From NCBI GenBank assembly GCA_965637545.1, contig OZ281501.1, forward strand, positions 15,562,001 through 15,626,000: a stretch of DNA of 64,000 nucleotides. The letters are read 5' to 3'. This document shows positions 50,030 through 61,674 of the stretch, piece by piece. The stretch comes from Phallusia mammillata (lineage: Eukaryota). The first letter of the stretch is position 1, and every line of letters starts with the position of its first letter. The translations under genes were made by a program, and so were the position numbers. The notes beneath the pieces are model-generated. The model saw only the letters and a program-made list of their open reading frames with translations, had not been told where the DNA came from and made no database searches.

Positions 50030-51436
50030 TTACTGCCTTTCCAGTTCCATTTCTGACTGTTCGGCATTTAGCCTATGGAATGGCAGAGTCTGCGAAGCAA
50101 CTAAAACCACGGCAATAAATGTCGTTATCATCGGAAAACAGACGGATGCTGAAGCACTGACGTATGACAACAACGCACGTCCAATCACCGGGTACAAAAG
50201 TCTCATTATTCCCAAACCAATCATCGCCAACATTGAAACTTGTTTAACGGAGGAGGGGTAGGTAATTTCTGCAAGTAATTCATAGAGAGCAACAGACGCT
50301 GAACCAGTAACAAATCCAAGAATTGCCATCCCAGTATAAATCACAGCAAAGTTCGACAATTGAGCACCTATAAGGCCTAACATGCACGACCCAGTTTGTG
50401 TGGCCAAACAGGCTACTACTATAGCTTTGTATCTTTTAGTTTTAGTGACTAAGGGTCCAGCGACCAAACTTCCAAATATTGACATAACCCAGGATGTCAT
50501 CAGCACCAATCCCGCTTTAGTGTTTAAACCAGAGGCTTTTTGAAACTGATTGTGCAGAATAGAGGAAAGAAGGACTGTGTAACTTCGCATAACTGAAAGA
50601 CTTAGGCCATACACTAACCACAGGGTTAGAAAATAACGGTCGGTATACAGTTTCAACATTAGATCCTTGAAACGAACAAGTTGTTCCGTGAAATTTACTT
50701 TCCTCGTTGTCTCGTTATACTTTATCAGCTTTGCTTGGGCTTTGCTCGGCGGTGTAGGGGGACGACTTTTAAGAAAAAAAACTTCTGCTATTAAACATAT
50801 AACCAGTACTAAACCCACTGAACTGAGTAGAAGAAGCATACGGAACCTTACTGTGGACGACGTTTGGTCCATTTTCACTAAAAGTGGGGTCGTTAGTGAT
50901 CCAAAAGCTTCACCCAGTCCCCATCCTACTGTACAAAAAGATATAACTGGGCCAATTTCGTCGGCTGGAAACCATACAGCGGCTGTGCTGGGAACCAAAG
51001 ACATTGCGAGGATGTTACTGGCTCCTGAAACAGATTGTCCTGCAATTGCAAGGGCAAAAGTTTGCCTTGACAAAAATGACATGTCTACAAGAAGCACCCC
51101 CACAGTTTGGCACGAGGTCATAAGAATAAATGCAGTTCTGTAGTTTACACTGCTCATAAGAAACGAAAGCGGGACGGTACAAAGGACAAACACAACTGCT
51201 TGTGAGATCACCAGCCAGTCTATTTGCCACGGCAGGACTTGGAAATATTTAGCAAGGACATCGTTTACTGAGGGGTAGCACGATGCAACCCAACCTCTAC
51301 AAAAACTGACTGTAAACATCAGAATAGCTGCAAACCATCTGCTCGGATACGATTTGATTTCCTGTCCTGTTGTTTCTTTAAGCAGACGTGAATTAGGAGA
51401 AGCGGTTGATTCCGTAAGATCGCACTCATTTGCCAT
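50030..51436 (-). CDS. Intronless SLC49/FLVCR-like MFS transporter, subfamily B (B3, 468 aa from MANECDL)
   Basis: The paralog-conserved ATG is at 51436; the track's extension to 51577 is AT-rich, non-ATG and not conserved. Confidence 0.9.
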   Translation of the reverse strand: MANECDLTESTASPNSRLLKETTGQEIKSYPSRWFAAILMFTVSFCRGWVASCYPSVNDVLAKYFQVLPWQIDWLVISQAVVFVLCTVPLSFLMSSVNYRTAFILMTSCQTVGVLLVDMSFLSRQTFALAIAGQSVSGASNILAMSLVPSTAAVWFPADEIGPVISFCTVGWGLGEAFGSLTTPLLVKMDQTSSTVRFRMLLLLSSVGLVLVICLIAEVFFLKSRPPTPPSKAQAKLIKYNETTRKVNFTEQLVRFKDLMLKLYTDRYFLTLWLVYGLSLSVMRSYTVLLSSILHNQFQKASGLNTKAGLVLMTSWVMSIFGSLVAGPLVTKTKRYKAIVVACLATQTGSCMLGLIGAQLSNFAVIYTGMAILGFVTGSASVALYELLAEITYPSSVKQVSMLAMIGLGIMRLLYPVIGRALLSYVSASASVCFPMITTFIAVVLVASQTLPFHRLNAEQSEMELERQ

Positions 51437-51569
51437 ATTTGCTAATAAACAACACCAGTCAAGTGAAACTGAAACTATAATATGACATAATTTAAGTGTG
51501 ACAACTATATTTGTAAAAATAAAATATAAATATAAATATATATGTAAAAAAATTAAAATAAAATAAGCG

Positions 51570-51725
51570 TCGAGCAAACAAATGATAAGTTGGCTCTAGA
51601 CGCAGTGCATATTGATTCGACCTCATCAGTGCAGTTGGTGACAAGACATGAGTTGCATTGGCTCGATAGGCACTCCAGTTTGTTGGGAGTAATATACTAC
51701 AAAGCCATGCCTCACCATTGCTGTA
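51570..51725 (-). repeat. Relic of the HHR repeat monomer upstream of B3
   Basis: Minus strand: TTACTCCCAACAAACTGGAG..CATGTCTTGTCACC AACTGCA CTGATGA GGTC GAA TCAATATGCACTGC GTC..ACTTATCAT; stem II is largely deleted. Confidence 0.7.
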
Positions 51726-52621
51726 CCATGCCACACAGTTTTGGTTATAGTATTCAGTATCTAAAGGGTAGAACACATCCATTTTCTTTACTTTCCATTG
51801 TTCAATTTTCGCATTTAATTTCTCTACTAATCTACTTAAAAAATTATTCCTGTCAAATCTCGCATGTTTAGGAATTGCCTGCGAAAAACTATCTGGAAAC
51901 TGAACGACAGCTTGCAGTGTTTGAGCACTTTTACCCAATGACATCTCGGGAGTTGGTTGCATGCTGATGGAAGCCGGAAAACGTGACAAAACAACCCCAC
52001 AACTGTCCTTTTTGCCATTTTGTCATTTTAGTTATATTTCTGAACCTAAATACCACTATTTAGTTTGTGAATAAGAAACTGACGACAAGGAACAAATGCG
52101 CTTATTTTTTCTGTTTCTTTTGAATTGTAGACGGTAACGTAGTCACGCCTTAAAGGGGAAATAATTCACATATGTTTTGCTGTGACATTTATCCCTTTTT
52201 GCTGTGACATTTAGCGTGGCCACGACATATAGCTTAAAAATAAGTCACAGTGAACATCGATAGTTGTATTTAATACGTAACTTGATTTTTCTACTGAGGA
52301 AAGCGTCAATTTATTTTCCATTCTCTGAATTCGACCCGCAAAAGCTTCTCGTCCGGCCGTTTTAGAGAACTTTACTGAAATCCAAAAGGATATTACCAAA
52401 GAATAACTCAATCCTAAACCGTAAAATAAAGTTTGCTTAAAACGAATATTTATTGCAAATGTTGTACAAATAGGATATCATTTTTGATTAACTCCAAAAA
52501 GAGTTAAGAGTTAGAGTTGTGCTATAATCACATGACACATTTTAAACGTAAACGTTTCTGGATTGTTGTATTTGTTCAAATCAAATTACTCAATAAATCG
52601 AACTCACTGTCAACAGGTTTA

Positions 52622-54028
52622 TTATTGATCCTCAATGGTACTGGCTTCTGCTTCTTGGCGGTGAAATGGCATCTTTATGAAGGGCAACAAACATATTGGT
52701 AACAGTAGATAAAACAATTCCACAGCAAATGCTGCGATGGGTCCAAACTTTTCGAGTAACAATCTAGCAATAGTGGTTTGAATAAGCAACATGATTCCTA
52801 AACCAATCACGTTAAACACGAATGCATCTGTAATGCGGGTTGGATAAGTAACTTGCACTATCAGTTCTGTAACACTCATTAATGCAAGTCCCACGAAAAG
52901 ACCCACCAATATTTGGCTTCCATAAACCAAGGAAATGGAGTTAATGGCGAGACCAGCTATCCCAATAAAGCAAGAAACGCTTGCCAGGTCAGTAGACACA
53001 ACTACCGATGCTTTGTAACGTCCAGTTATGCTTAGCAAAGGTCCTGCTGAAAAACTGCCCACAATCGACATGAGCCAAAGACCCATGATCATGTATCCAC
53101 CGTCAACGTTGGTATTTCCGTTCTTGCTAAAGTTTGCTTGTAATATCGATGATAACAAAGTGGTTATGGACCGTGGAATTGGGTCGACAGTATTTCTTGC
53201 AAACCACGCGGTTAAAAAGTGTACGTTGGTCAACAATTTTAGTTGCACATTTTTGAACTTTGTTAGCACTTTTTTGAAACTAGTGCTATCTTGTAAATCT
53301 TGTAACTGCAAAACTTTGGCTTGAGCAATGCTTGGAGGGTGCTTGGGTCGTGGTTTGATGAACAACACAACAAACACAAGGATAACCCATGTGACAATAG
53401 CAAATGAACCAAACACTGCCAACAAACGCATTCGGATTATTGATGAATTACCAGTGACTGAAACCAAATTAGGGGCGACCACAGCACCAGTAGCTTTTCC
53501 AAGGGCCCTTCCTACAAACATGATACTGACAGCGTAAGCAATTTCGTTTGCTGGAAACCATACAGCAGCGATTGCGCTTTTCAGTGGAATCCGGATCGTT
53601 GTGGAGAAAGCAGATATTAACTGGCCAAATATGGCGATAGAATCACCTTGACGAAATGAAACTGCTAAACTGGCCAGGGTTAGACTTGGAGATGAGCATG
53701 CGACCATTGCAACGATAGACGTTTTCACACTGAATTTTCTCAAAATAAACAACAGAGGTATGCAAAACAAAACCATGGTTAAAGCGCGAACATTAGAAAG
53801 CCAGTCAATTTGCCAAGGCTCCGCGTTGAAGTACTTGGCCATGACATTGTTGGTGAGACAAAATGCTGTCGACACAAAGCTTCGCATGCAAGACACAACA
53901 CTCATGATGATAACTATCACCCATCTTTCAGGAGAAGATTTTACAGCCTCTTTATTTGCATTTTGGCCTTCTCTTGCATCACTACTTTCTGGGTTGATCA
54001 AATGAGTTGTTTCTTTTTGTTGTTTCAT
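52622..54028 (-). CDS. Intronless SLC49/FLVCR-like MFS transporter, subfamily C (468 aa from MKQQKE)
   Basis: Intact ORF; ATG at 54028. Carries non-conservative changes (GYF>GDS, STG>STD in a TM segment) that might indicate early decay. Confidence 0.85.
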   Translation of the reverse strand: MKQQKETTHLINPESSDAREGQNANKEAVKSSPERWVIVIIMSVVSCMRSFVSTAFCLTNNVMAKYFNAEPWQIDWLSNVRALTMVLFCIPLLFILRKFSVKTSIVAMVACSSPSLTLASLAVSFRQGDSIAIFGQLISAFSTTIRIPLKSAIAAVWFPANEIAYAVSIMFVGRALGKATGAVVAPNLVSVTGNSSIIRMRLLAVFGSFAIVTWVILVFVVLFIKPRPKHPPSIAQAKVLQLQDLQDSTSFKKVLTKFKNVQLKLLTNVHFLTAWFARNTVDPIPRSITTLLSSILQANFSKNGNTNVDGGYMIMGLWLMSIVGSFSAGPLLSITGRYKASVVVSTDLASVSCFIGIAGLAINSISLVYGSQILVGLFVGLALMSVTELIVQVTYPTRITDAFVFNVIGLGIMLLIQTTIARLLLEKFGPIAAFAVELFYLLLPICLLPFIKMPFHRQEAEASTIEDQ

Positions 54029-54748
54029 TAAACCGTCTGATTTTCTTGCATTCAAAAGTTACCCAACCTAACCGATGTGTCACAAAATGCTTTGAATTAT
54101 TCAAAAATATGTCTAATGGCAAGTCTAGTATTACAAACCGCTAACAATGAGCCAGCACTCTGGAGAACAAACATAACACAAACTTTCGAAAACTGTACAT
54201 GCAAATAACACTAATCCCTGCTGGAAGTTTTCCATTTTGCCTAATCCATACATCAAGCATTTCAAAAAAATGCATGTTGGCTCCAAACCGCAATTAAAAT
54301 TTCGCGGTTTACACAAAATCAGAAATTAAAAGTTACGACAAAAACATGCAATTTTGAAATACTTATAAGTACTTTGCACGAGCCAAGCAAAAAACTCTTC
54401 AACATATATTGTCGTGTCAGAACACCGCTGCATAAGCAAGTGCTTTGCAGTTATAATAACAACAAAACATGTTGGGTGATTTGCCGCAAACAGGAAAACA
54501 ATGACAAACAAATTTCTCTTGCATTTCAAAATTTGTTAAAAGTGCTGGACGGGAGGAAAACAAGAGAAGATAAATGCTCGCCAGTGCTTTAAATATGTTT
54601 ACCATCGACACGGAGCTGAAAATGAAGACAACCGAAAAATTAAGTTTCCACAGGAAATGAAACAAATGTCTTAAAATAAATGGTTGCTTTTATATGAGTC
54701 ATGACATGTCACATGCTATATTGTTTGCCAGAAACAATCTGTTCCAGC

Positions 54749-55759
54749 CATAGGCGCCGAACACGGATATGCCGGGTATGCGTGGCATACCCGGACGAAA
54801 AACTCGGGTATGCCGCATACCCGAGAATCGCACCAACGTTAGTCATGCGTTGTTGCTTTTTAAAATTATTTCGACTAATACGTAACATACGCAAATGATT
54901 TCAATCTAGGTTATTGTCTCACAAGCATTAAATTGTTCGCATTCATTACAGTTGTGAAACGTATTCGAGAAGCATTGGAATTTAAACAATAAAAAGTGGT
55001 AAATAGCACAACAAAGGTATTGGCGCTGTCCTATGGTAGAAACGCCGCTGCCCCGGGTATTTTGTCAACAACCACGTGATAAAAAAGTTTACCGTTTGTG
55101 AACTAAATTATAAAAATAAAGCCCAACCTTTGTTGTAACTTCCTACACCACAAGAACAACGACTGGCGAGTTTCAACCGAAAAAAAACAACACATTTAAC
55201 ACCCAATGTTACGTCACAAACGTAAGGTTGGTACTTAGCCTACAAAAATAACGTTGTCGAAAGTTTCAGGCAGGTCAGAACATCGTTGAAACAAAGTACA
55301 CTGAACTTTAAAATTAATTATGCGTCACATACAACTCACTGCGTTAAATATGCAACACGTTGTAAACGAAACAAGCGACGTTAAAACGAACATTGTGATT
55401 GTTAGGCCAGAAGTGTGTGCGCTTTGTTGCGTGAAAACTAAGCATTTTTGTTATAGTTATCACAGAGAAGATAAATGTTAAACATTAAAGTAATTTGCGA
55501 CGCACGGCAAAGTATGTTAGGTGACAGTCGAACTAAATCTTTTCTGTCTTTATTGTTTTGCCTACCCGTAATTTCGGCAAATAGGTCGTTAAATTGCAAC
55601 AGTAGCAAAACGGCCTGGCGGTGGAATTACGTTGTGTAAAGCTTATATACTGCAACTTTAATGCATTCTTACCATATGCATCCGCAGAAAATATATTTGG
55701 TATTATATGACGTCATATAATACGGCATACCCGGAAAAAATTCAATGTCGGCGCCTATG
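54749..55759. mobile_element. Non-autonomous DNA transposon with CATAGGCGCCGA TIRs
   Basis: 12-bp TIR; perfect 8-bp TSD GTTCCAGC; subterminal GGCATACCC / GGGTATGC repeats. Confidence 0.9.
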
Positions 55760-56266
55760 GTTCCAGCAAGTCCTTGTTTGTACGAAATAATTCGTGCATC
55801 TCACGACAGCTTAGGTCTAGGTTTACTTTTACTTGCAACAGGGATTTGCCTTTTAATTGTTGAAAATAAGACAAGATTGGGACGTAGGTCAAAAAGAAGG
55901 ACATTTCTTAGAAATAAGGACAATACATTTTTCTAAGAAAATCTTAGAAATAAGGACAGTATGACAACCCTGGCCTTAAGCCTAAAATTCAACACAAAGT
56001 CAACGTAGTGAGAGAAATTCTCCAAACATTTCATCTTGACTTGCTGCGTATACGTCACAAACTTTTCGTGGAAATTACTTGTCAACATATTTGAAGTTAA
56101 AAACTTGTAGCACTTAATCGTCGTTTTATAGTTGTAGGTTACTAAAGCTTTTGGGGCCACAACCACTTACCGGTTAAATAAATTAGTACTTGGTGCACAA
56201 CTTGTGGTGCCAAAGTCCAAAAAATATTATTGAAAATTAAATGAAATTCTCATTACAGGACTCTTA

Positions 56267-56449
56267 CTAAAGTGACTCGACTTGAGTCGGGTTACTAATA
56301 AAGCTTCGCATGCATGACACAACACACATGATGATAACTGTCACCCATTTTTTAGGAGAAACTTGTATATTAGTATTTTGGCCTCCTCTTGCATCACCAT
56401 TTTCCGTGACCTGGTTGATCAAAGTGATAGTTTCTGTATTATTTTGCAT
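56267..56449 (-). pseudogene. 5' fragment of a subfamily C MFS gene with its upstream region (to ~56720)
   Basis: MQNNTET..VSPKKWVTVIIMCVVSCMRSF matches the C-type N-terminus, then homology stops. Confidence 0.8.
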
Positions 56450-56919
56450 TTAACCTTCTGTCAGTTTGCACTCAAACGTTACCTAACTTATCCAATATGT
56501 CACAACATCCTTTGATGAAAGCTAAATGATGTCGTATAAGTCTAGTATTACAAACCGCTAACAGTAAACCAGTACACCAGATGAAAAACCAACCAACTAA
56601 CACAAACTTTCTTATGTTTTCGGAAAACTGCAAATGCCAACAACACAATTTCCTGTTAGTTTTTATGTATGTTTCCATGTCAGTATTTGAAACACAGAAA
56701 ATGCATGTTGACTCTAAGCTTCCGTTCAAAGTTTGCGGTTTGTATTGAAGCAGTTACGTGCTTTCAAATCTTCATTTTGGCACTTTGGTTTAGCTCATCG
56801 TCAAGCAATTTTAAGTTTGCAAGCATGTCTTTTTGTTTCCATGGAAATTATACCTTGTTTTTGCGGCATATGGTATTCCGCGTTGTATCTTTACTGTTGC
56901 ATGTGTTTTCATGATTCAT

Positions 56920-59348
56920 GATTCCATTAATACCCACCAAGGACTTTTTCGTTACAACCGCCTAGTGTTTGGTTTAGCTTTAGCCCCAGCGTTATGGCAA
57001 AAGGCTATGGATCAAGTACTGCAAGGTTTGAAAGGGGTACAATGTTTATTAGATAATATGATAATCACTGGAACAACAGATGTAGAACATAAAGAAAATC
57101 TTAGGAATGTTCTCAAGCGACTGTCGGGGCATGGCTTGGAAGTAAATCGGAACAAGTGTGAGTTTTAAGGACCAAATCGAATTTTGTGGTCATGTGGTGG
57201 ATAAAGAGGGATCGCATAAATCCCACCATAAAATTAGGGCAGTGACGAGTTGTCCAACCCCACAGAATGTGTCCCAGCTACGTTCGTTTCTTGACTTAGT
57301 TAATTATTATCATCGATTTTTGCCCAATCTGTCAACCCTTTTACATCCGTTATGTGAACTTTTAGAGAAAGGTCGTGAATGGAACTGGTCCTTGGAATGC
57401 GCTCAGTCATTTGACAAAGCTCGTAAACTTATGGCTTCTGATAAGGTTCTTACACATTATGATGTAAATTTGCCAATTAAGTTAGCATGTGATGCATCGC
57501 CGTACGGTATTGGAGCAGTTATGTCGCATGTAATGCCGGAAGGCAGTGAACGACCCATTGCTTACATCTCGAGATCTCTGTCAAAGTCCGAGAAAAACTA
57601 TTTGCAAATTGATAAAGAAGCTTTAGCTATTGTGTGAGCTGTACAAAAGTTTCACATTTATTTGTTTGGTCGACATTCTACGCTTGTGACAGACCATAAG
57701 CCTCTTACTTCTATATTTCATCAAAAAAAGCATTCCTGTAATGTCGGCACAACGTTTGCAACGTTATGCTTTAATTTTGTCCGCTCATAATTATTCGATA
57801 GAATACCGCACTGCAACTCAACATGGAAATGCTGATGGTTTGTCTAGATTGCCCCAATGCTCCACTGAGACTTCGTCCGATGTTGCGAGCAGTTTTTATT
57901 TCAAGCAGATTGCCTTTTTTGCTGTAACGGCTGATGAGATTGCCAATCACACACGCTCGGACAAGACTTTGTCACGGGTGTTTGCTTGCGTGACATCGGG
58001 CAATTGGGTGCAGGAAAGTGACATCATGCCGTATTATTATCGAAGAAACGAGTTATCAACATATTAAGGATGTTTGGTTTGGGGACCCAGGGTGGTTATT
58101 CCAGAAAGTTTAAAACCTTCCATTTTGCAGGAATTACACAACCGACACCTGGGTGTTGTGAAGATGAAACAAATCGCTCCAAATTATGTCTGGTGGCCAA
58201 ACCTCGATAAGCACATCGAGGAATTGTCTAAAAACTGTTCGGGGCGTTTACAAAACAGAAACGCACCAGCCATCGTAAAATACCACCCGTGGCAAACATG
58301 TGTTAAACCATGGCAACGCATTCACTTAGATTTTGCAGGTCCTGTTGAAAACCACATGCTCTTGGTGATCGTGGATGCTTATTCTAAGTGGCCAGAAGTA
58401 ATCCCGATGCGTTCGACCACGGCGGCTGCAACCATGGACGAACTTTGCAACGTTTTCTCAAGGAACGGTATTCCTGAAAAAATGGTTTCAGACAACTGTC
58501 CTCAATTTATTTCACAGGAGTTCGAGACGTTCGTAAAGATGAACGGTATTCGTCATTCCAAGACTACTCCTTACTCTCCAGCCACTAACGGCCAAGCGGA
58601 GAGATTTGTACAAACTGTCAAGAGAGGTTTACAATCTATGGCAAACGATCCTGGAACCCTAAAAAGCAAACTTTCAAGATGTTTGTTGTCCTATCGCAAT
58701 GCTCCCCATGCATTGTTAGGGGAGTCCCCCGCCAAGCTGTTCCTCAAGCGCAATTGTAGAACACGGCTAGATCTGGTTCAACCCACGGGAGAAGAAAGGG
58801 TTGAGAATTGTATAGAAAAGCACATCGACAGGCACCACGTGCAGTCACCACGAACATTTGAAGTTGGTCAAAAAGTGGCAGCCTTAGACTATCGTGCTCG
58901 CAGTAAACGTTGGGCGATTGGTGTCATACAAAAAGTTCTCGGGTCTCTGACCTATCTTGTACGTATAAACTGCAAATTTATTTGGAAGCGTCACACTAAT
59001 CAGTTAATTGACATGTCGGAAAATAATGTTCGTGGCAATGTAAATGTAATTCGCCGTGTTTTGATGATTTTGTTTTTGATAACCGTTCCAACATGTCGAA
59101 CGATTCTTATACTCGTTACCCCACGAGAACCCGACAACCGCCAACCAGATATGGGTTTGAGAATTAGAATTTGTTTGTAGTGAGGAGTGTTATATATTTG
59201 TGTTTATTCGTGCGTGTCTTGTATCACCACGTGTGTTCGCTTAAGCGTAACGACCGCTTTATAAGCTCGTGCTTTGCCCTAGAGGTCATTACAAGTATTT
59301 ACGCGAGGAGTGCGCTTTATGCAGTTGAAGGACTTGAGGTTAAACACA
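56920..59348 (+). mobile_element. 5'-truncated Ty3/Gypsy LTR retrotransposon (RT C-terminus, RNase H, integrase, 3' LTR), degenerate
   Basis: GLFRYNRLVFGL..WQKAMD (YLDD>LLDN), LACDASPYGIGAV..ERPIAY..EALAIV, H-X3-H/WWP zinc-binding region, DFAGP..SDN..AERFV. Stops and frameshifts. Purine tract GTAGTGAGGAG, then TGTT...CACA (59188-59348) as the likely LTR. Confidence 0.9.
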
Positions 59349-60264
59349 TTGTTTATTTGCTCTTACGTACAACACTATGCTCGCAACGTTTCTTTTACGG
59401 TTAAGGATTGAGTTATTCTTTCGCAATATCCTTTTGAATGTAAGTGTAATGTCATAGCAGACTACAAGAATCAGCCTGTGTGACAGGGCGGTGACCGACG
59501 GATCTGTCTACACTTATCAGATATATTCAAATAGAATAGAATTCGATTCTATTTGAATAAGACGGAAACTGACGATGCCCAAATAGGCGAAATTAATATT
59601 TCTGTTTTTCAAAAATAAAACATTACACTGACGCTGATCGTCTGCTGCTCTTTTTGAGTACATTTTGTATATATCCTTTTGAATTTCACTAATTTTTTCC
59701 AAAAAACGGCCGGACGAGAAGCTTTTTCGGGTCGGAATCAAAGGATGAAAAATACATTGACGCTTTCTTCAGCAGTAAAATCATGTTACGAATCAAATAC
59801 AACTATAAACGTTTACTGCATTTGATTTTAAAAGCTATTTCGTGGACACGCAAAATGTCACAGCAAAAATGAGATAAACGTCACAGCAGAAAATAAATGC
59901 GTATTAGCTCTTGACGTCAGGATGTCTAAGAGGTATTTAGGTTCTGAAGTTTAACTAAAATGACAAAGGACAAAAAGACAGATGTGTGGTTGTTTTGTCA
60001 CGTTTTCGTGATTACATCTGCACGCAACCAACTCCCAAAAAACTAATACGTAACAGTTCCATTTTGGTTAACACTGAATGTTGTTGTTTAGTTTCCAGAG
60101 AGTATTTTGCAGGCAATTATGAAACATGTGAGATTTGACAAGAATGTGTTTTTTATTTGTTTGCTCGAAGCTTATATGTCTTACTCTACATTTTTTTTGT
60201 AACAGTTAAAGTATGCCGTTTTTTAGTTTTGGGTTTACTTAACTGGCATTGTTTATTAGCAAAG

Positions 60265-61674
60265 ATGGCAAATGAGTGCAATCTTACGGAATCAACCGCT
60301 TCTCTTATTTCACGCCAAGTTGAAGAAATCAGTGGACAGGAAATCAAATCGTATTCGAGCAGATGGTTTGCAGCTGTTCTGATGTTTACACTCAGTTTTT
60401 CTAGAGGCTGGGTGGCATCATGCTACCCCTCAGTAAACGATGTCCTTGCTGCATATTTCCAAGTCCTGCCATGGCAAATAGACTGGTTGTTGATCTCACA
60501 AGCAGTTGTGTTTGTCCTTTGCACAGTTCCGCTTTCGTTTCTTATGAGCAGTGCAAAGTATAGAACCGCATTCATTCTTATGACCTCGTGTCAAGCTATG
60601 GGGGTGCTTCTTGTGGACCTGGCTTTTTTGACAAGACATACTTTTGCCTTGGCAATTGTAGGACAATCTGTGTCAGCTGCCAGTAACATCCTTGCAATGT
60701 CTTTGGTTCCCAGCACAGCCGCTGTATGGTTTCCAGCCGATGAAATTGGCCCAGTCATTTCTTTTTGTACAGTAGGATGGGGACTAGGTGAAGCTTTTGG
60801 ATCACTAACGACTCCACATTTAGTGAAAATGGACCAAACGTCGTCCACAGTAAGGTTCCGTATGCTTCTTCTACTTGGTTCAGTTGGGTTAGTCCTGATT
60901 ATATGTTTAATAGCAGAAGTATTTTTTCTCAAAAGCCGGCCCCCTACACCGCCGAGCAAAGCCCAAGCGATGCTGATAAAGCATCAAGAAACAGCGCAGA
61001 ACGTAAGTTTCACGGAACAACTTGTTCGTTTCAAGGATCTAATGTTGAATCTATATACCAACCGTCAATTTCTAACGCTGTGGTTAGTGTATGGCCTTTC
61101 TGTTCCAGTTATGCGAAGTTACACCGTTCTTTTTTCCTCCATTCTGCACAATCAGTTTCAAAAAGCCTCTGGTTTAAACACTAAAGCGGGATTGGTGCTG
61201 ATGACATCCTGGGTTATGTCAATATTTGGAAGTTTGGTCGCTGGACCCGTAGTCACGAAAACTAAAAGATACAAAGCTATAGTAGTAGCCTGTTTGGCCA
61301 CACAAACTGTGTCGTGTATGTTAGGTCTTATAGGTGCTGAATTGTCGAATTTTGCTGTGATTTATGCTGGGATGGCAATACTTGGATTTGTTACTGGTTC
61401 AGCGGCTGTTGCTCTCTATGAATTACTCGTAGAAATTACCTACCCCTCATCCGTTAAACAAGTTTCAATGTTGACGATGATTGGTTTGGGAATAATGACA
61501 CTTTTGTACCCAGTGATCGGACGAGCGTTGTTGTCATACGTCAATGCTTCAGCATCCATCTGTTTTCCGATAATTACAACATTTATTGCCGTGGTTTTAG
61601 TTGCTTCGCAGAATCTGTCATTTCATAGGCTAAATGCCGAACAGTCAGAAATGGAAGTACTACTTGAAAAGTAG
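60265..61674 (+). CDS. Intronless SLC49/FLVCR-like MFS transporter, subfamily B (B4, 469 aa from MANECNL)
   Basis: Intact ORF; the paralog-conserved ATG is at 60265. Confidence 0.9.
   Translation: MANECNLTESTASLISRQVEEISGQEIKSYSSRWFAAVLMFTLSFSRGWVASCYPSVNDVLAAYFQVLPWQIDWLLISQAVVFVLCTVPLSFLMSSAKYRTAFILMTSCQAMGVLLVDLAFLTRHTFALAIVGQSVSAASNILAMSLVPSTAAVWFPADEIGPVISFCTVGWGLGEAFGSLTTPHLVKMDQTSSTVRFRMLLLLGSVGLVLIICLIAEVFFLKSRPPTPPSKAQAMLIKHQETAQNVSFTEQLVRFKDLMLNLYTNRQFLTLWLVYGLSVPVMRSYTVLFSSILHNQFQKASGLNTKAGLVLMTSWVMSIFGSLVAGPVVTKTKRYKAIVVACLATQTVSCMLGLIGAELSNFAVIYAGMAILGFVTGSAAVALYELLVEITYPSSVKQVSMLTMIGLGIMTLLYPVIGRALLSYVNASASICFPIITTFIAVVLVASQNLSFHRLNAEQSEMEVLLEK

Noticed and set aside
57931-57937. 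CTGATGA motif in the Gypsy pol region (also at ~3298)
   Set aside because: No stem II/GAAA/stem I context; a chance match within coding-like sequence.
31931-59920. Conserved CRE (TGACGTCA) upstream of B genes
   Set aside because: Intact in only two of four copies (~31931, ~59913), mutated or deleted in the others.
29983-60264. N-terminal extensions in the ORF track (29983, 44425, 51577, 54055, 60157)
   Set aside because: They begin at non-ATG codons and are not conserved; paralogs agree on the downstream ATGs.
20321-61184. Recurrent antisense and alternate-frame ORFs over the MFS genes (e.g. 39224-39625, 50667-51143, 60591-60959)
   Set aside because: They are shadows of duplicated coding sequence with variable starts and stops.
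20205-61674. Bacterial horizontal transfer to explain the intronless MFS genes
   Set aside because: The IDWL, WFP and PPxPPSxAQA motifs point to animal SLC49 and the composition matches the host. Only a phylogeny could revive the idea.
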